Shown: positions 36,074 to 45,195, counted from the first letter of the stretch. The stretch: DNA of 64,000 nucleotides from an uncultured Thermoleophilia bacterium (GCA_963710975.1 CAVQCG010000001.1:279062-343061), one strand, 5' to 3'. The notes: generated from the sequence alone by a model not told the origin. A program made the numbers and translations.

Positions 36074-36901
36074 CTATCCTCCGGCGGCGGCGATTCCGGT
36101 CACGGCGACGATGACCAGGACGATCCCGACGATCTGTCGCCGCAGCGGACGCTCACCCGAGAGCAGACCGGCAATGACAGCCACCGTTGCGAACTGGGCG
36201 GCGAGGACGCTCGCGACGGCGACCGGGCCGCGGTCTGCTGCCGCGACGAACAGGAGGTAGGCGCTCGAGTCACCAAGGCCCCACGCGGCAACGCGCCAGC
36301 GATCGCGAAGCCAGGTGGTCGTGACCCCGGCACGCAGCGCGAACGGGAACGTGACGAGGAGTGCCGTCGCCCGGATCAGCAGAAAGGCCCAATACACGCC
36401 GAGATCCTCCGCAACAGGCGCGCTGAGGACGAGGATCGTGCCCCAGACAAACGCCGCGGCGACAGCGGGAAGCACCGCGGCCTTCCCTCCTCCCCGGCCC
36501 ATCGCCGCGAGCACCACCCCCGCGACCGCGAGCGGCAGGAAGATGGCGGCGGCGGCGGTGATGGCCTCGCCGGCGGCGACAACGATCACGGCCGCGACAG
36601 CGCCCTCGCACGCAATGATCGGCGTGACGACCGCGACCGATCCGTCCCTGAAGGCGGAGAACCCGATGCGGTACCCCGCTGCGGAGAGCACCCCGACGAG
36701 CACGGCGAGCCCAACGCCGCGAGCCGTCCAGTCAGGCGTGTCGACGAAGAACGCCCCCGGGAGAATGAACAGGAACCCGATCAGGATCGAGCCGAAGAGC
36801 ACGGCAAGCGGCCCCACAGTCCTGGTCGCCTGGGCGAGCCAGACGTCGGGTGCGCCCCAGCAGAACGCGGATGCGAGACCGAGAAGGACTGTGAGTGTCA
36901 C
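36074..36901 (-). CDS. EamA/DMT-family transporter
   Basis: GTG 36901 overlaps the upstream stop (GTGA). About 10 TM helices: VTLTVLLGLASAFCWGAPDVW... Confidence 0.75.
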   Translation of the reverse strand: MTLTVLLGLASAFCWGAPDVWLAQATRTVGPLAVLFGSILIGFLFILPGAFFVDTPDWTARGVGLAVLVGVLSAAGYRIGFSAFRDGSVAVVTPIIACEGAVAAVIVVAAGEAITAAAAIFLPLAVAGVVLAAMGRGGGKAAVLPAVAAAFVWGTILVLSAPVAEDLGVYWAFLLIRATALLVTFPFALRAGVTTTWLRDRWRVAAWGLGDSSAYLLFVAAADRGPVAVASVLAAQFATVAVIAGLLSGERPLRRQIVGIVLVIVAVTGIAAAGG

Positions 36902-37807
36902 GCCGGAGGCACGGTATCCACGGGAGGCTCGGAGCCCGTGATCGCGCGCGGCCGTTGAAGACTCAGCGCGACCACGCTCGCGATGATGAGCGCTCCCCCC
37001 ACGAGCTGGAGTGCGGTCAGCGACTCGCCGAGCACGGCATAGGCGAGCAACACGCTGACGAGTGGCTCCGCAACCGAGAGGAGCCCTGCGGTGCCCGCCC
37101 CGACTCGCCTGACACCGCTGTAGAAGAGCCCGATCGGAATCACCGCTCCGATCACGACCGACGCGAGCGCCCAGCACCAGGCCTCGCCGCTCAGGTCGAA
37201 ATCGACCGGCCTGAACGGCATCGCAAGGGTCAACGCGATGGCCGGGCTCGTGAACATCAGCCCGCCGAGGACGAGGGGCGTGATCGAGTGCGAGACCATG
37301 AGGTGGCGGCTCGAGAGGATCAGCGCCGCGACACACAGGCCGGCGGCCAGCCCGAGGACGATCCCAACCCAGGTTGCAGACTCGGGCGCCCCGATCGTGA
37401 GCGCGACCCCGGCGAGCGCGACGAGCAGGATGAGTCCGCGACGCACCCCCATCTCCTCCCGGAAGAGCAGCGCCGCGCCGACCACGGTGATGAGCGGGTA
37501 TGCGAAATAGAGGAGCGTGACGAGAGCCACCGGGGCACGCGCGTACCCCTCGAAGAGCGCGAGGCCGACCCCCAGCTGGAAGACTCCGAGCGCAGTGCCC
37601 GCGAGCGCGACCCGCCTGCCCGGCCACGGGTTTCGGAGGAGGTATGCCAGCAACACGAGGACGGGGCCTGTTACCGCGAACCGCAGAAAGAGCAAGCGTG
37701 TAGGCGTCACCACCCGCGTCGTAGAAGAGCTTCGAGAAGATGCCGAGCGTCCCGAAGCAGGAGGCCGAGACGAGCACGAGGGCGTAACCACGGAACTGCG
37801 GGTGCAC
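36898..37807 (-). CDS. EamA/DMT-family transporter, apparent 1-nt frameshift near 37695-37700
   Basis: The N-terminus MHPQFRGYALVLVSASCFGTLGIFSKLFYDAGGDAYT is in the frame of track ORF 36074..37807. The continuation LLFLRFAVTGPVLVLL... is in ORF 36898..37791. Confidence 0.7.
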
Positions 37808-37871
37808 GCGGAGACTCTTTCAGAGCGCCCGCGGCTCCGACCTTCGAACCCGCGTCGCCGGGGGGTCGAGG

Positions 37872-39245
37872 ATGGCGGGCCGCGTGCCGATGCTGGATCC
37901 GGTGCTCATGAACCCGATCCGCATCCTCGTCGTCGTCGGTACCCGGCCCGAGGCCGTCAAGCTCGTCCCCATCATCCTCGCGCTCCGCGAGAGCCCCTGC
38001 TTCGATCCGATCGTCGTCGCGACGGGACAGCATCACCGAATGGTCTCCGAGATCTTCGCTCTCGCCGAGATTCACACGGACGCCGACCTGTGGATCGGCG
38101 GTCACCGCTCGGCGGGGCTCAACGAGCTCGTCGCATCCGTCCTGCGACGCTTCGAGGACTTCTGCGTCGGCAGCTTCGGTGACCACGGCGCAACCGTCGC
38201 TCCCGTCGAGGATGTCCTCAGCGGCGACTATCCCAGTGCCGTGCTGGTGCACGGTGACACCAGCTCGGCGATGGCCGCTGCCCTGGCGGCCTTCCATCTC
38301 CGAATTCCGGTTGTCCACGTCGAGGCGGGCCTCCGCACCGGGGGTACGATCCTCACCCCGTTTCCGGAGGAGCTCAACCGCCAGCTCGTCTCCTGTATCG
38401 CATCGTTCCACCTCGCCCCGACGGCGGCAAACGCCGAGAACCTGATCCGGGAGAACATCTCCCACGAGCGGATCTTCGTCACCGGGAACACGAGCATCGA
38501 CGCGCTGAAGTGGGCCGCCTCGCTCGAGGTGCCCTACGACGACCCGCGGGTCCAGGACGCCGACGCGTCGGGGGACCGGATCGTCGTCGTGACCGGTCAC
38601 CGTCGCGAGAACTGGAACGGTGGACTGGCGGGCATCGCGGAGGGTGTCGCACGAATCGCCCGCACGCATCCCGAAACGCGGTTCGTCGTGCCGCTCCACC
38701 CGAATCCGAGGGTTCGCGAGGCCCTCTCGCCGCCGCTCGAGGACATGGCGAACGTCATCCTGACCGAGCCGCTCGGGTACGCGTCGTTCTCGCGGCTTCT
38801 CGCACGCTGCTACTTCGCGATCACCGACTCCGGCGGAATCCAGGAGGAGGCCCCGGCCCTTGGCAAACCCGTCATCGTCGTGCGGGACGAAACCGAGCGG
38901 GGCGAGGGCGTCGAGGCGGGAACGCTCCTCCTCGTCGGTACCGATCCTCTCGCGATCGAGAGCGCTGGCGCGCTCCTGCTCGACGACCCGGTCGCGTATC
39001 AGCAGATGGCGGATGCGCCGAACCCGTACGGTGACGGGCGGGCGGCCGAGCGGATCGTCGGAGCGCTCGAGCATCTGCTGAACGGCGGGAGCCCGCCGGC
39101 CCCCTTTGGGCCCGGCTACAGCCGCCATGCCGTCCTCGAGGCAGCAGGGTACGAGCCGGGGCGCCAGATCGCCGCGCCGATCGGCCCGTCTGGGCGGGGC
39201 GTCGCCGATCCGGCGCTCGCAGGAGAGCGGTGGCACCTGCCCTGA
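37872..39245 (+). CDS. wecB: UDP-N-acetylglucosamine 2-epimerase (non-hydrolysing)
   Basis: ..IRILVVVGTRPEAVKLVPI...VLVHGDTSSAMAAALAAF...HVEAGLRT...TDSGGIQEEAPALGKP.. The start could instead be ATG 37908. Confidence 0.85.
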   Translation: MAGRVPMLDPVLMNPIRILVVVGTRPEAVKLVPIILALRESPCFDPIVVATGQHHRMVSEIFALAEIHTDADLWIGGHRSAGLNELVASVLRRFEDFCVGSFGDHGATVAPVEDVLSGDYPSAVLVHGDTSSAMAAALAAFHLRIPVVHVEAGLRTGGTILTPFPEELNRQLVSCIASFHLAPTAANAENLIRENISHERIFVTGNTSIDALKWAASLEVPYDDPRVQDADASGDRIVVVTGHRRENWNGGLAGIAEGVARIARTHPETRFVVPLHPNPRVREALSPPLEDMANVILTEPLGYASFSRLLARCYFAITDSGGIQEEAPALGKPVIVVRDETERGEGVEAGTLLLVGTDPLAIESAGALLLDDPVAYQQMADAPNPYGDGRAAERIVGALEHLLNGGSPPAPFGPGYSRHAVLEAAGYEPGRQIAAPIGPSGRGVADPALAGERWHLP

Positions 39246-40525
39246 CGCTCCCCTTCGAAGGGATGCCGCCCGGCTGGATCGTGGTCTTCGTGGCGGCGTT
39301 CATCGTCATCTGCGGGATGCTCGCCTGGACGTCCTGGCTCTATGCCCGCGGACGGGTCTGGTCCCGTCGGCTGCCCGAGCGAGTCGAGCACCTCGACCCC
39401 ACACTGCTCTGGGTCTTTCTCGTGCCCGCCCTGAACGAGGAGATCACCATCGAGGACAGCGTCGAGCGCCTGCTGGCGGTCGACGCGCCGAACAAGCTCA
39501 TCGTCGTGATCGACGACGGCTCCGACGACGGGACGCCTGACGTGCTGGCACGGCTCGGGCACCCCGACCTCGTGGTGCTGCGGCGAGATGCTCCCCACGC
39601 GCGTGAGGGCAAGGCAGCCGCACTCAATCACGCCTACGGGGCGCTCGACCGCTTCGTCGCGGCCCGTGGCGCCTCGAGGGAGCACGCAATCGTCTGCGTC
39701 GTGGACGCGGATGGGCGCCTCCACCCGGATGCGCCGGCCTACGCGGCCGCTCATTTTGCGGACCCCGATGTCGGCGGGCTCCAGGTGCTGGTCCGCATCT
39801 ACAACCGCCACGGCCTGCTGACCTGGTTCCAGGATGTCGAGTTCTCGATCTACGGGCTTCTCTACCAGGCCGGGCGCAGCCCCTGGGGAACGGCGGGCAT
39901 GGGTGGAAACGGCCAGTTCAACCGCCTCTCGGCGCTCGACTCGCTGAGCGAGGGCGCCGGTCCGTGGCGCGACAGGCTCACCGAGGACCAGGATCTCGGC
40001 CTCCGCCTCATCGAGGCGGGCTGGAAGGGCAGGCAGGAGGTACGCACGAGTGTCGACCAGCAGGGCCTCGGAAACCTCCGGAGACTGTTCCGCCAGAGAA
40101 CCCGCTGGTCACAGGGAAACCTCCAGGCGTCCGCCCAGCTCCCGTCCGTCTGGCGGGCAGATCTTCCGGTGAGCGCACGGCTCGACCTGGTCGCCTACCT
40201 CCTGATGCCCTGGTGGCAGGGCATCGTCGGCATCTCCCTCATCGCGGCGATCGCGCTCGCAGCGACAGGGCAGTCCTCGTTCTGGGGAGCCGGCGCCTGG
40301 TGGCAGCTCATCTTCTTCTACATCCTCGGCTTCGGCGGGACGATCATGGGCTGCATCGCCCGCGAGTCCGGGCGCGGAGCCTGGGGTGTCTTCGTCGGCT
40401 ACCTGATCGCGCACCCGTACGCCTTCTACTCGTGGATGCTGTGGCCGGTGCTGCTCCGGGCGGGACTTCGCCAGCTTCGCCACCGCCGCGACTGGGCGAA
40501 GACCCAGCGCGAAGCGATCGCCTGA
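39230..40525 (+). CDS. membrane-bound family-2 glycosyltransferase (processive synthase type)
   Basis: 431 aa. ..VVIDDGSDDGT..VVDADG..TEDQDLGLR..RQRTRWSQG (QxxRW), with TM helices at both ends. Confidence 0.85.
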   Translation: MAPALTLPFEGMPPGWIVVFVAAFIVICGMLAWTSWLYARGRVWSRRLPERVEHLDPTLLWVFLVPALNEEITIEDSVERLLAVDAPNKLIVVIDDGSDDGTPDVLARLGHPDLVVLRRDAPHAREGKAAALNHAYGALDRFVAARGASREHAIVCVVDADGRLHPDAPAYAAAHFADPDVGGLQVLVRIYNRHGLLTWFQDVEFSIYGLLYQAGRSPWGTAGMGGNGQFNRLSALDSLSEGAGPWRDRLTEDQDLGLRLIEAGWKGRQEVRTSVDQQGLGNLRRLFRQRTRWSQGNLQASAQLPSVWRADLPVSARLDLVAYLLMPWWQGIVGISLIAAIALAATGQSSFWGAGAWWQLIFFYILGFGGTIMGCIARESGRGAWGVFVGYLIAHPYAFYSWMLWPVLLRAGLRQLRHRRDWAKTQREAIA

Positions 40526-40531
40526 AGCGCG

Positions 40532-40759
40532 CTAGTTGATGCTGGCGATCGGCAGGACGGTGGTCTCGTCGCGCGTCTGCACGATCAGCACGATCGCCAC
40601 CGTGTTCTGCCACTCGTGACCGGGGCCGAGCGAGGAGTCGAGAAGCTCAGGCACATCGGCCGGAGGAACGTAGAACGCATCGGAGACGGAAGGTTCTGCG
40701 GGCCACATGAGGGGAGCATCGGCAGAACGCCACAACATCCTGAGTCCCTCGTTCGTCAT
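40532..40759 (-). CDS. hypothetical protein
   Basis: 75 aa from MTNEGLRMLWRSADAPLMW... No recognisable domain. The call rests only on ORF length and GC3 judged by eye. Confidence 0.35.
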   Translation of the reverse strand: MTNEGLRMLWRSADAPLMWPAEPSVSDAFYVPPADVPELLDSSLGPGHEWQNTVAIVLIVQTRDETTVLPIASIN

Positions 40760-40815
40760 ACGAGCAACTCGCGAGCAAGATGTGCTCGAACCCACGGCCG
40801 AGCTGAACTTCGAAG

Positions 40816-40860
40816 AGCGGGCGACGGGACTCGAACCCGCGACGCTCAGCTTGGAAGGCT
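40816..40860 (-). repeat. partial tRNA-Gly(TCC) copy (att-like direct repeat)
   Basis: 45 nt equal 42027-42071 with one mismatch. The repeat covers the 3' end through the anticodon loop. Confidence 0.85.
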
Positions 40861-41089
40861 ACTCCCCACGGTGCGACGTTCGGCAGCAAACGACGACGAC
40901 CGTGTATAGCCATGCGGGTTTGCGGCGCACTAACACCCCGCGACACCGCATCCCTCCACGGGCGTTTTCAGAGTCGTTTTGGCCATACGTGGCCACGGGA
41001 CCCCGCTGGTGAGAGGCCCGCTGGCACCCGGCAAGGGCGCGGGCAACGAGCCGACAGCCACGACGAACGATGCGGAGCCTCGAAGCCCC

Positions 41090-41590
41090 TCAGGCGAGCA
41101 GCGGGCAGATAGCGCTCGGGCCATCGTCGCCGAAGTTGCCGTGCTGCTCGAACGAGAGCACGGTTGAAGCGGGATCGTCTGGGTCGCCGCTGAACAGAAT
41201 CTTCCGCAAGCCAATCTCGTAGTAGACACCCTGCACCTTGATATGAATGCCAGTCGAGAGCAGGAAGACCGTGCCGTCGGCGTTGATACTGAACTTGTCC
41301 AGACCACGGTCCGCGCTCAAGATGGTCTTCCCGTTGGCCGGATTCGTCACGGTGTCCACGAGGCTCGGGTTCTGGCTCACCTGGCGAACGCTTCCGTCCC
41401 GGTTGAAATACACCGCGACACGAAACTTGCCGGTCGAGTGCACAGTGATCGGGAACGAACAGAAGTCACCAGCAGGAATTGTCTCACTGTCGTCTACTTT
41501 GAAAACACTGACATCCGGCGGACTGGCGTAGGCGGGAACGGCCACCACCGCGGCCACGACAAACGCAGCGAGAAGGAAGAGGACACGCAT
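41090..41590 (-). CDS. secreted hypothetical protein
   Basis: 166 aa. Signal peptide MRVLFLLAAFVVAAVVAVPAYA; no domain recognised. Visibly more A/T than its surroundings. Confidence 0.65.
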   Translation of the reverse strand: MRVLFLLAAFVVAAVVAVPAYASPPDVSVFKVDDSETIPAGDFCSFPITVHSTGKFRVAVYFNRDGSVRQVSQNPSLVDTVTNPANGKTILSADRGLDKFSINADGTVFLLSTGIHIKVQGVYYEIGLRKILFSGDPDDPASTVLSFEQHGNFGDDGPSAICPLLA

Positions 41591-41646
41591 GTGGCGATTC
41601 TTTCAAGCGCCAGGCGTGTCTGTCCACTGGACCAACGGGGAGTTCA

Positions 41647-41939
41647 GTGCCGCCGCCGAGACACGCGGCCCCTCACGGCGGCTACCTCAACCTCCACAAC
41701 TTCCGCCGCCGCGAGTGGTTCCCCCCATCGAAGCGGCGGGAATCCCCCGCCGGCGAATCTACGACCTCCGACACACCTTCGCGTCGAACGCCCTCGCGGC
41801 CGGCGTCACGTCAAGCGTGCTCGCCCACTACTTCGGTTCGAGCGAGCTAATGATCGACCGAACCTACTCGCACCTTGTGCGCGGCTCGGACGATTTTCTC
41901 CGTGACCGCTTGAACGCCTGGACGGCAGAGCAGACTTAG
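41647..41939 (+). pseudogene. tyrosine recombinase/integrase, C-terminal fragment with a frameshift at the C6 run near 41721-41726
   Basis: GGYLNLHNFRRREWFP (frame of ORF 41647..) is followed by PIEAAGIPRRRIYDLRHTFASNALAAGVTSSVLAHYFGSSELMIDRTYSHL (frame of ORF 41589..). This is the R..HxxR..Y catalytic region only; the N-terminal two thirds are absent. Confidence 0.75.
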
Positions 41940-42026
41940 GGTTTTGGCCATGATATGGCCACGGGAGAGGAGCACTCGTGACGTCTCAAAGTAGAAAACC
42001 CCGCTCTGAGCAGGGCTTTCGTTGAA

Positions 42027-42100
42027 AGCGGGCGACGGGACTCGAACCCGCGACCCTCAGCTTGGAAGGCTGACGCTCTAGCCAACTGAGCTACGCCCGC
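42027..42100 (-). tRNA. tRNA-Gly (anticodon TCC)
   Basis: Reverse complement GCGGGCG-TA-GCTCAGTTGGCTAGAGC-G-TCAGC-CTTCCAA-GCTGA-GGGTC-GCGGGTTCGAGTCCCGT-CGCCCGC-T. Confidence 0.92.
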
Positions 42101-42356
42101 GCGGTACTGAAACCCTAGCTGACCCGCGCGCGGATGGTTCGCACTCGGAGGCTCAGCGAATCCACGAGGGTTCGTGCACGATCGGGCCCGAGCTCCGCGG
42201 CGAGGCGGTCACGAGCGCTCGCCCTTCCGCGGCCGGTCAGCCGCCCGACCGCGGCGAGATCCGCGAGGAGGCGAGCATCTCCTCGGGGGACGCGAGCGGG
42301 AGTCGGAGTGCTCACGATTCTGAGCGTACACCCCACTCCGGCCGGCACCCGCTAGC

Positions 42357-43376
42357 GTGAGGAGCGTGGCATCGCCGTTCGTCGAGCTCGAGGTCGGGAC
42401 CCGCACCGTGAAGGTGACCAACCCGGACAAGGTGTTCTTCTCGACGCGGGGCGAGACGAAGCTCGATCTCGTCCAGTATTACCTCTCCGTCGGGGACGGA
42501 ATTCTTCGCGCCCTGCGCGAGCGGCCGACGCAGCTCAAGCGCCACCCGGACGGCGCGGAGGGCGAGGCGATCTACCAGAAGCGCGTACCGAAGCACGCGC
42601 CCGACTGGATCGAGACCGCACGCGTGACGTTTCCCTCGGGTCGCCACGCCGACGAGCTCTGCGTCACGGAGCTCGCGCAGGTCGCATGGGCAGCGAATCT
42701 GGGGACGATCGACTTCCATCCCTGGCCTTCGCGGCGAGCGGACACCGAGCATCCGGACGAGCTCCGCATCGACGTCGATCCGCAGCCCGGCACGACGTTC
42801 GCCGACGGCAAGGCTGTCGCAGCGGTCGTGCACGACGTGCTCGACGAGCTCGGCTACGTCGGCTGGCCCAAGACGTCAGGCAACCGGGGCATCCACGTCT
42901 ACTGCCGCATCGAGCCGAACTGGGGGTTCCGCGTGGTGCGCCGCGCGGCGCTCGCGTTCGCGCGGGAGGTCGAACGGCGGATGCCCGACCAGGTCACGAC
43001 CGCATGGTGGAAGGAGGAGCGCGGGGAGCGAGTCTTCATCGACTACAACCAGAACGCGCGCGACCGGACGATCGCGTCGGCCTACTCCGTGCGCGCCCGG
43101 CCAGACGCGACGATCTCGGCACCGATCACCTGGGACGAGCTTCCCGACGTCGAGACCGAGGACTTCACCATGGAGACGATGCCGGCCCGCTTCGCGGCGC
43201 AGGGCGACCTCCACGCGGGCATCGACGACGCCGTCTGCGACCTGCGCGTGCTGCTCGAGTGGGTCGAGCGGGACGAGAAGGCAGGGGAGGGCGAGGCGCC
43301 GCTGCCGCCCCACTTCCCGAAGGAACCGGACGAGCCGAAGCGCGTCCAGCCGTCCCGAGCGCGGAACGATACTTGA
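42357..43376 (+). CDS. NHEJ DNA polymerase/primase (LigD polymerase-domain type, stand-alone)
   Basis: 339 aa. ..VKVTNPDKVFF...LVQYYLSVGDGILRAL..RPTQLKRHPDG...IDFHPW...DELRIDVDP...KTSGNRGIHVY... Confidence 0.85.
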   Translation: MRSVASPFVELEVGTRTVKVTNPDKVFFSTRGETKLDLVQYYLSVGDGILRALRERPTQLKRHPDGAEGEAIYQKRVPKHAPDWIETARVTFPSGRHADELCVTELAQVAWAANLGTIDFHPWPSRRADTEHPDELRIDVDPQPGTTFADGKAVAAVVHDVLDELGYVGWPKTSGNRGIHVYCRIEPNWGFRVVRRAALAFAREVERRMPDQVTTAWWKEERGERVFIDYNQNARDRTIASAYSVRARPDATISAPITWDELPDVETEDFTMETMPARFAAQGDLHAGIDDAVCDLRVLLEWVERDEKAGEGEAPLPPHFPKEPDEPKRVQPSRARNDT

Positions 43377-43407
43377 AAGGCTCTTTGCAGCGAGCTATTC
43401 TAGCTTT

Positions 43408-43707
43408 GTGAAGACGGTCACAGTCACCGAGGCGAAGAATCGCCTCAGCGCACTCCTCGACCAGGTTCGTGCGGGAGAGACGGTACTGATCCTCGATCGC
43501 GGCGTCCCGGTTGCCCGTCTCGAAGGAGCATCGTCCGGACTGCCCGACGCGCATGACGGACGCCTCGAGCGTCTCGAGCGGGCGGGCCTTGTCAGACGTG
43601 GATCGGGACGGCCGCTCACACTTCCCGAGCTCGACGAGCTGCCACGGCCGCGAGGGGGTGCAAGCATCGTGGAGGCTCTGCTCGAGGAGCGGCGCGAGGG
43701 CCGCTGA
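43408..43707 (+). CDS. Phd/YefM-family antitoxin
   Basis: GTG start. MKTVTVTEAKNRLSALLDQVRAGETVLILDRGVPVARL.. Confidence 0.8.
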   Translation: MKTVTVTEAKNRLSALLDQVRAGETVLILDRGVPVARLEGASSGLPDAHDGRLERLERAGLVRRGSGRPLTLPELDELPRPRGGASIVEALLEERREGR

Positions 43708-44138
43708 GATTCTGGGACAGCTCTGCGATTGTTCCGCTGCTCGTCCTGGAGCAGAGGTCCGAGGCTGTTCGGGGCACGCACGACAGCGACTCGAACATGC
43801 TCGTCTGGTGGGCCGCCGAGACCGAGTGCGTGTCGGCGATCTCACGGCTCGCACGCGATGCGGAACTCAACGCAGACGACGTGGACAAGGCCCTGACGAC
43901 GCTCGACGATCTCCAGTCCGTCTGGTCGGAGGTCGAACCTGGCTCGCCGGTGCGTTCCTATGCGCGCCGCCTACTCCGCGTTCACGAACTCCGTGCCGCT
44001 GACGCTCTCCAGCTTGCGGCGGCTGTCCTGGGAGCGGAGCACCATCCGGCGCTGTTGCCGCTCGTGACGCTCGATCGTCGCTTGGCACGGGCCGCCCGCC
44101 AGGAAGGCTTCCCGGTGCTCATGCCGGGTGACGGCTGA
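43704..44138 (+). CDS. vapC: PIN-domain VapC-type toxin; no canonical start codon in the required position
   Basis: In frame with track ORF 43797..44138 the sequence reads (L)RFWDSSAIVPLLVLEQRSEAV..NMLVWWAAETECVSAI...ELRAADALQLAAAV... The first acidic residue (FWDSS) lies upstream of the first ATG. The only codon overlapping the antitoxin stop is CTG (CTGA). Confidence 0.7.
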   Translation: MRFWDSSAIVPLLVLEQRSEAVRGTHDSDSNMLVWWAAETECVSAISRLARDAELNADDVDKALTTLDDLQSVWSEVEPGSPVRSYARRLLRVHELRAADALQLAAAVLGAEHHPALLPLVTLDRRLARAARQEGFPVLMPGDG

Positions 44139-44141
44139 CGC

Positions 44142-45146
44142 TCAGCGCCCGAGCAGCCCAGAAACCGTCGGGTCGCCTGCTTTCGGCCGCGGCCGCACCT
44201 GGTCGACCGTGCACTGCGCGGGATCCTTGTCCGGACGGAAGCGAATGAGTCGCGTGCCGTGGCGGAAGCGGCGCTTCTGCCACTTGTCGTAGCGCACCTC
44301 GACCACGAGCTCGGGGCGCACGGCCGCCTCCTCGAGCTCGCCGGATCCCCACCGGGTCGGCTCCGAGAACTGCCTCCCCGGCGCGTCGTCGAGGAGGGGC
44401 GAGACGAGCGCCGCGATCTCCTCCTCACGTTTCGGTGCGACCGCGGCCGACCCGACGTAAAGGAGCTTCCCGTCCTCCGCGTACAGCCCGAGGAGAAGCG
44501 TCGCGAGCCGGCCGCCGTCCTCCGACCTCCGGATCCCGACGACGACGCACTCGGCCGTCAGGTGGCGCTTGACCTTGGCGACCCCGTCTCGGGAGCCCGG
44601 GAGGTAGGGCAGCCCGAGCTTCTTCGCGATGACACCGTCGAAGCCGGCGACGTCGAGGCGCTCCATCCATTCCCGTGCCACTCCTTCGTCCCGCGTGGCA
44701 GGGGAGAGGTCGAAGGGCAGCATTTCGACCCTGGAGCGGCGCTCCTCGAGCGGCTCCCGGTGCACCTCGGCGCCGTCCCAGAGCAGCATGTCGAAGACGA
44801 CGAAACCCGCCGGGATCTCGCCGGCAAGCCGCTTGACCCGGCTCTCCGCCGGATGCAGGCGCATCTGCAGCGCGTCGAAGTCGAGCGCGCCGTCGCGTTC
44901 GATCACGATCTCCCCGTCGAGCGCAGATCGGGGAGGGAGTCGCTCGCCGAGCGGGCCCAGCTCCGGGAAGTAGCGAAGCAGCGGGCGCCCGTTTCGGCTC
45001 CAGATCCGGAATTCGCCGTCGAGGTTCTCGAGCACACCCCGGAAGCCGTCCCATTTCGGCTCGTACTGCCAGCCCCCGCCGGTCGGAAGCTCCCGAACGA
45101 GCTCTGCCTCCATCGGCGGGAACGGCAGACCGGCCGGAACGTCCAC
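44142..45146 (-). CDS. ATP-dependent DNA ligase (LigC / LigD ligase-domain type)
   Basis: GTG 45146. ..GGWQYEPKWDGFRGV (KxDG) ...DGEIVI...FVVFDML...GVIAKK... Confidence 0.85.
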   Translation of the reverse strand: MDVPAGLPFPPMEAELVRELPTGGGWQYEPKWDGFRGVLENLDGEFRIWSRNGRPLLRYFPELGPLGERLPPRSALDGEIVIERDGALDFDALQMRLHPAESRVKRLAGEIPAGFVVFDMLLWDGAEVHREPLEERRSRVEMLPFDLSPATRDEGVAREWMERLDVAGFDGVIAKKLGLPYLPGSRDGVAKVKRHLTAECVVVGIRRSEDGGRLATLLLGLYAEDGKLLYVGSAAVAPKREEEIAALVSPLLDDAPGRQFSEPTRWGSGELEEAAVRPELVVEVRYDKWQKRRFRHGTRLIRFRPDKDPAQCTVDQVRPRPKAGDPTVSGLLGR

Positions 45147-45195
45147 GGCTGAATCAGTACCAGAGCGATCGCGGGCTGGCGATACCCTCCGTCTC

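Larger units (their letters stand above)
40816..42026. mobile_element. degenerate integrative element at tRNA-Gly(TCC)
   Basis: Flanked by the tRNA and its 45-nt partial copy. A truncated, frameshifted tyrosine-integrase fragment abuts the tRNA, and the cargo gene looks lower in GC by eye. Confidence 0.55.

Noticed and set aside
36902-37807. Reading track ORF 36074..37807 as a single 577-aa protein
   Set aside because: The middle 250 residues are Arg/Pro/Gly-rich nonsense. The region resolves into two EamA genes with a GTGA junction plus one frameshift.
42115-42348. 77-aa ORF between tRNA-Gly and the NHEJ polymerase gene
   Set aside because: No motif and no SD, and it is Arg/Ala-rich. It cannot be distinguished from a chance open frame.
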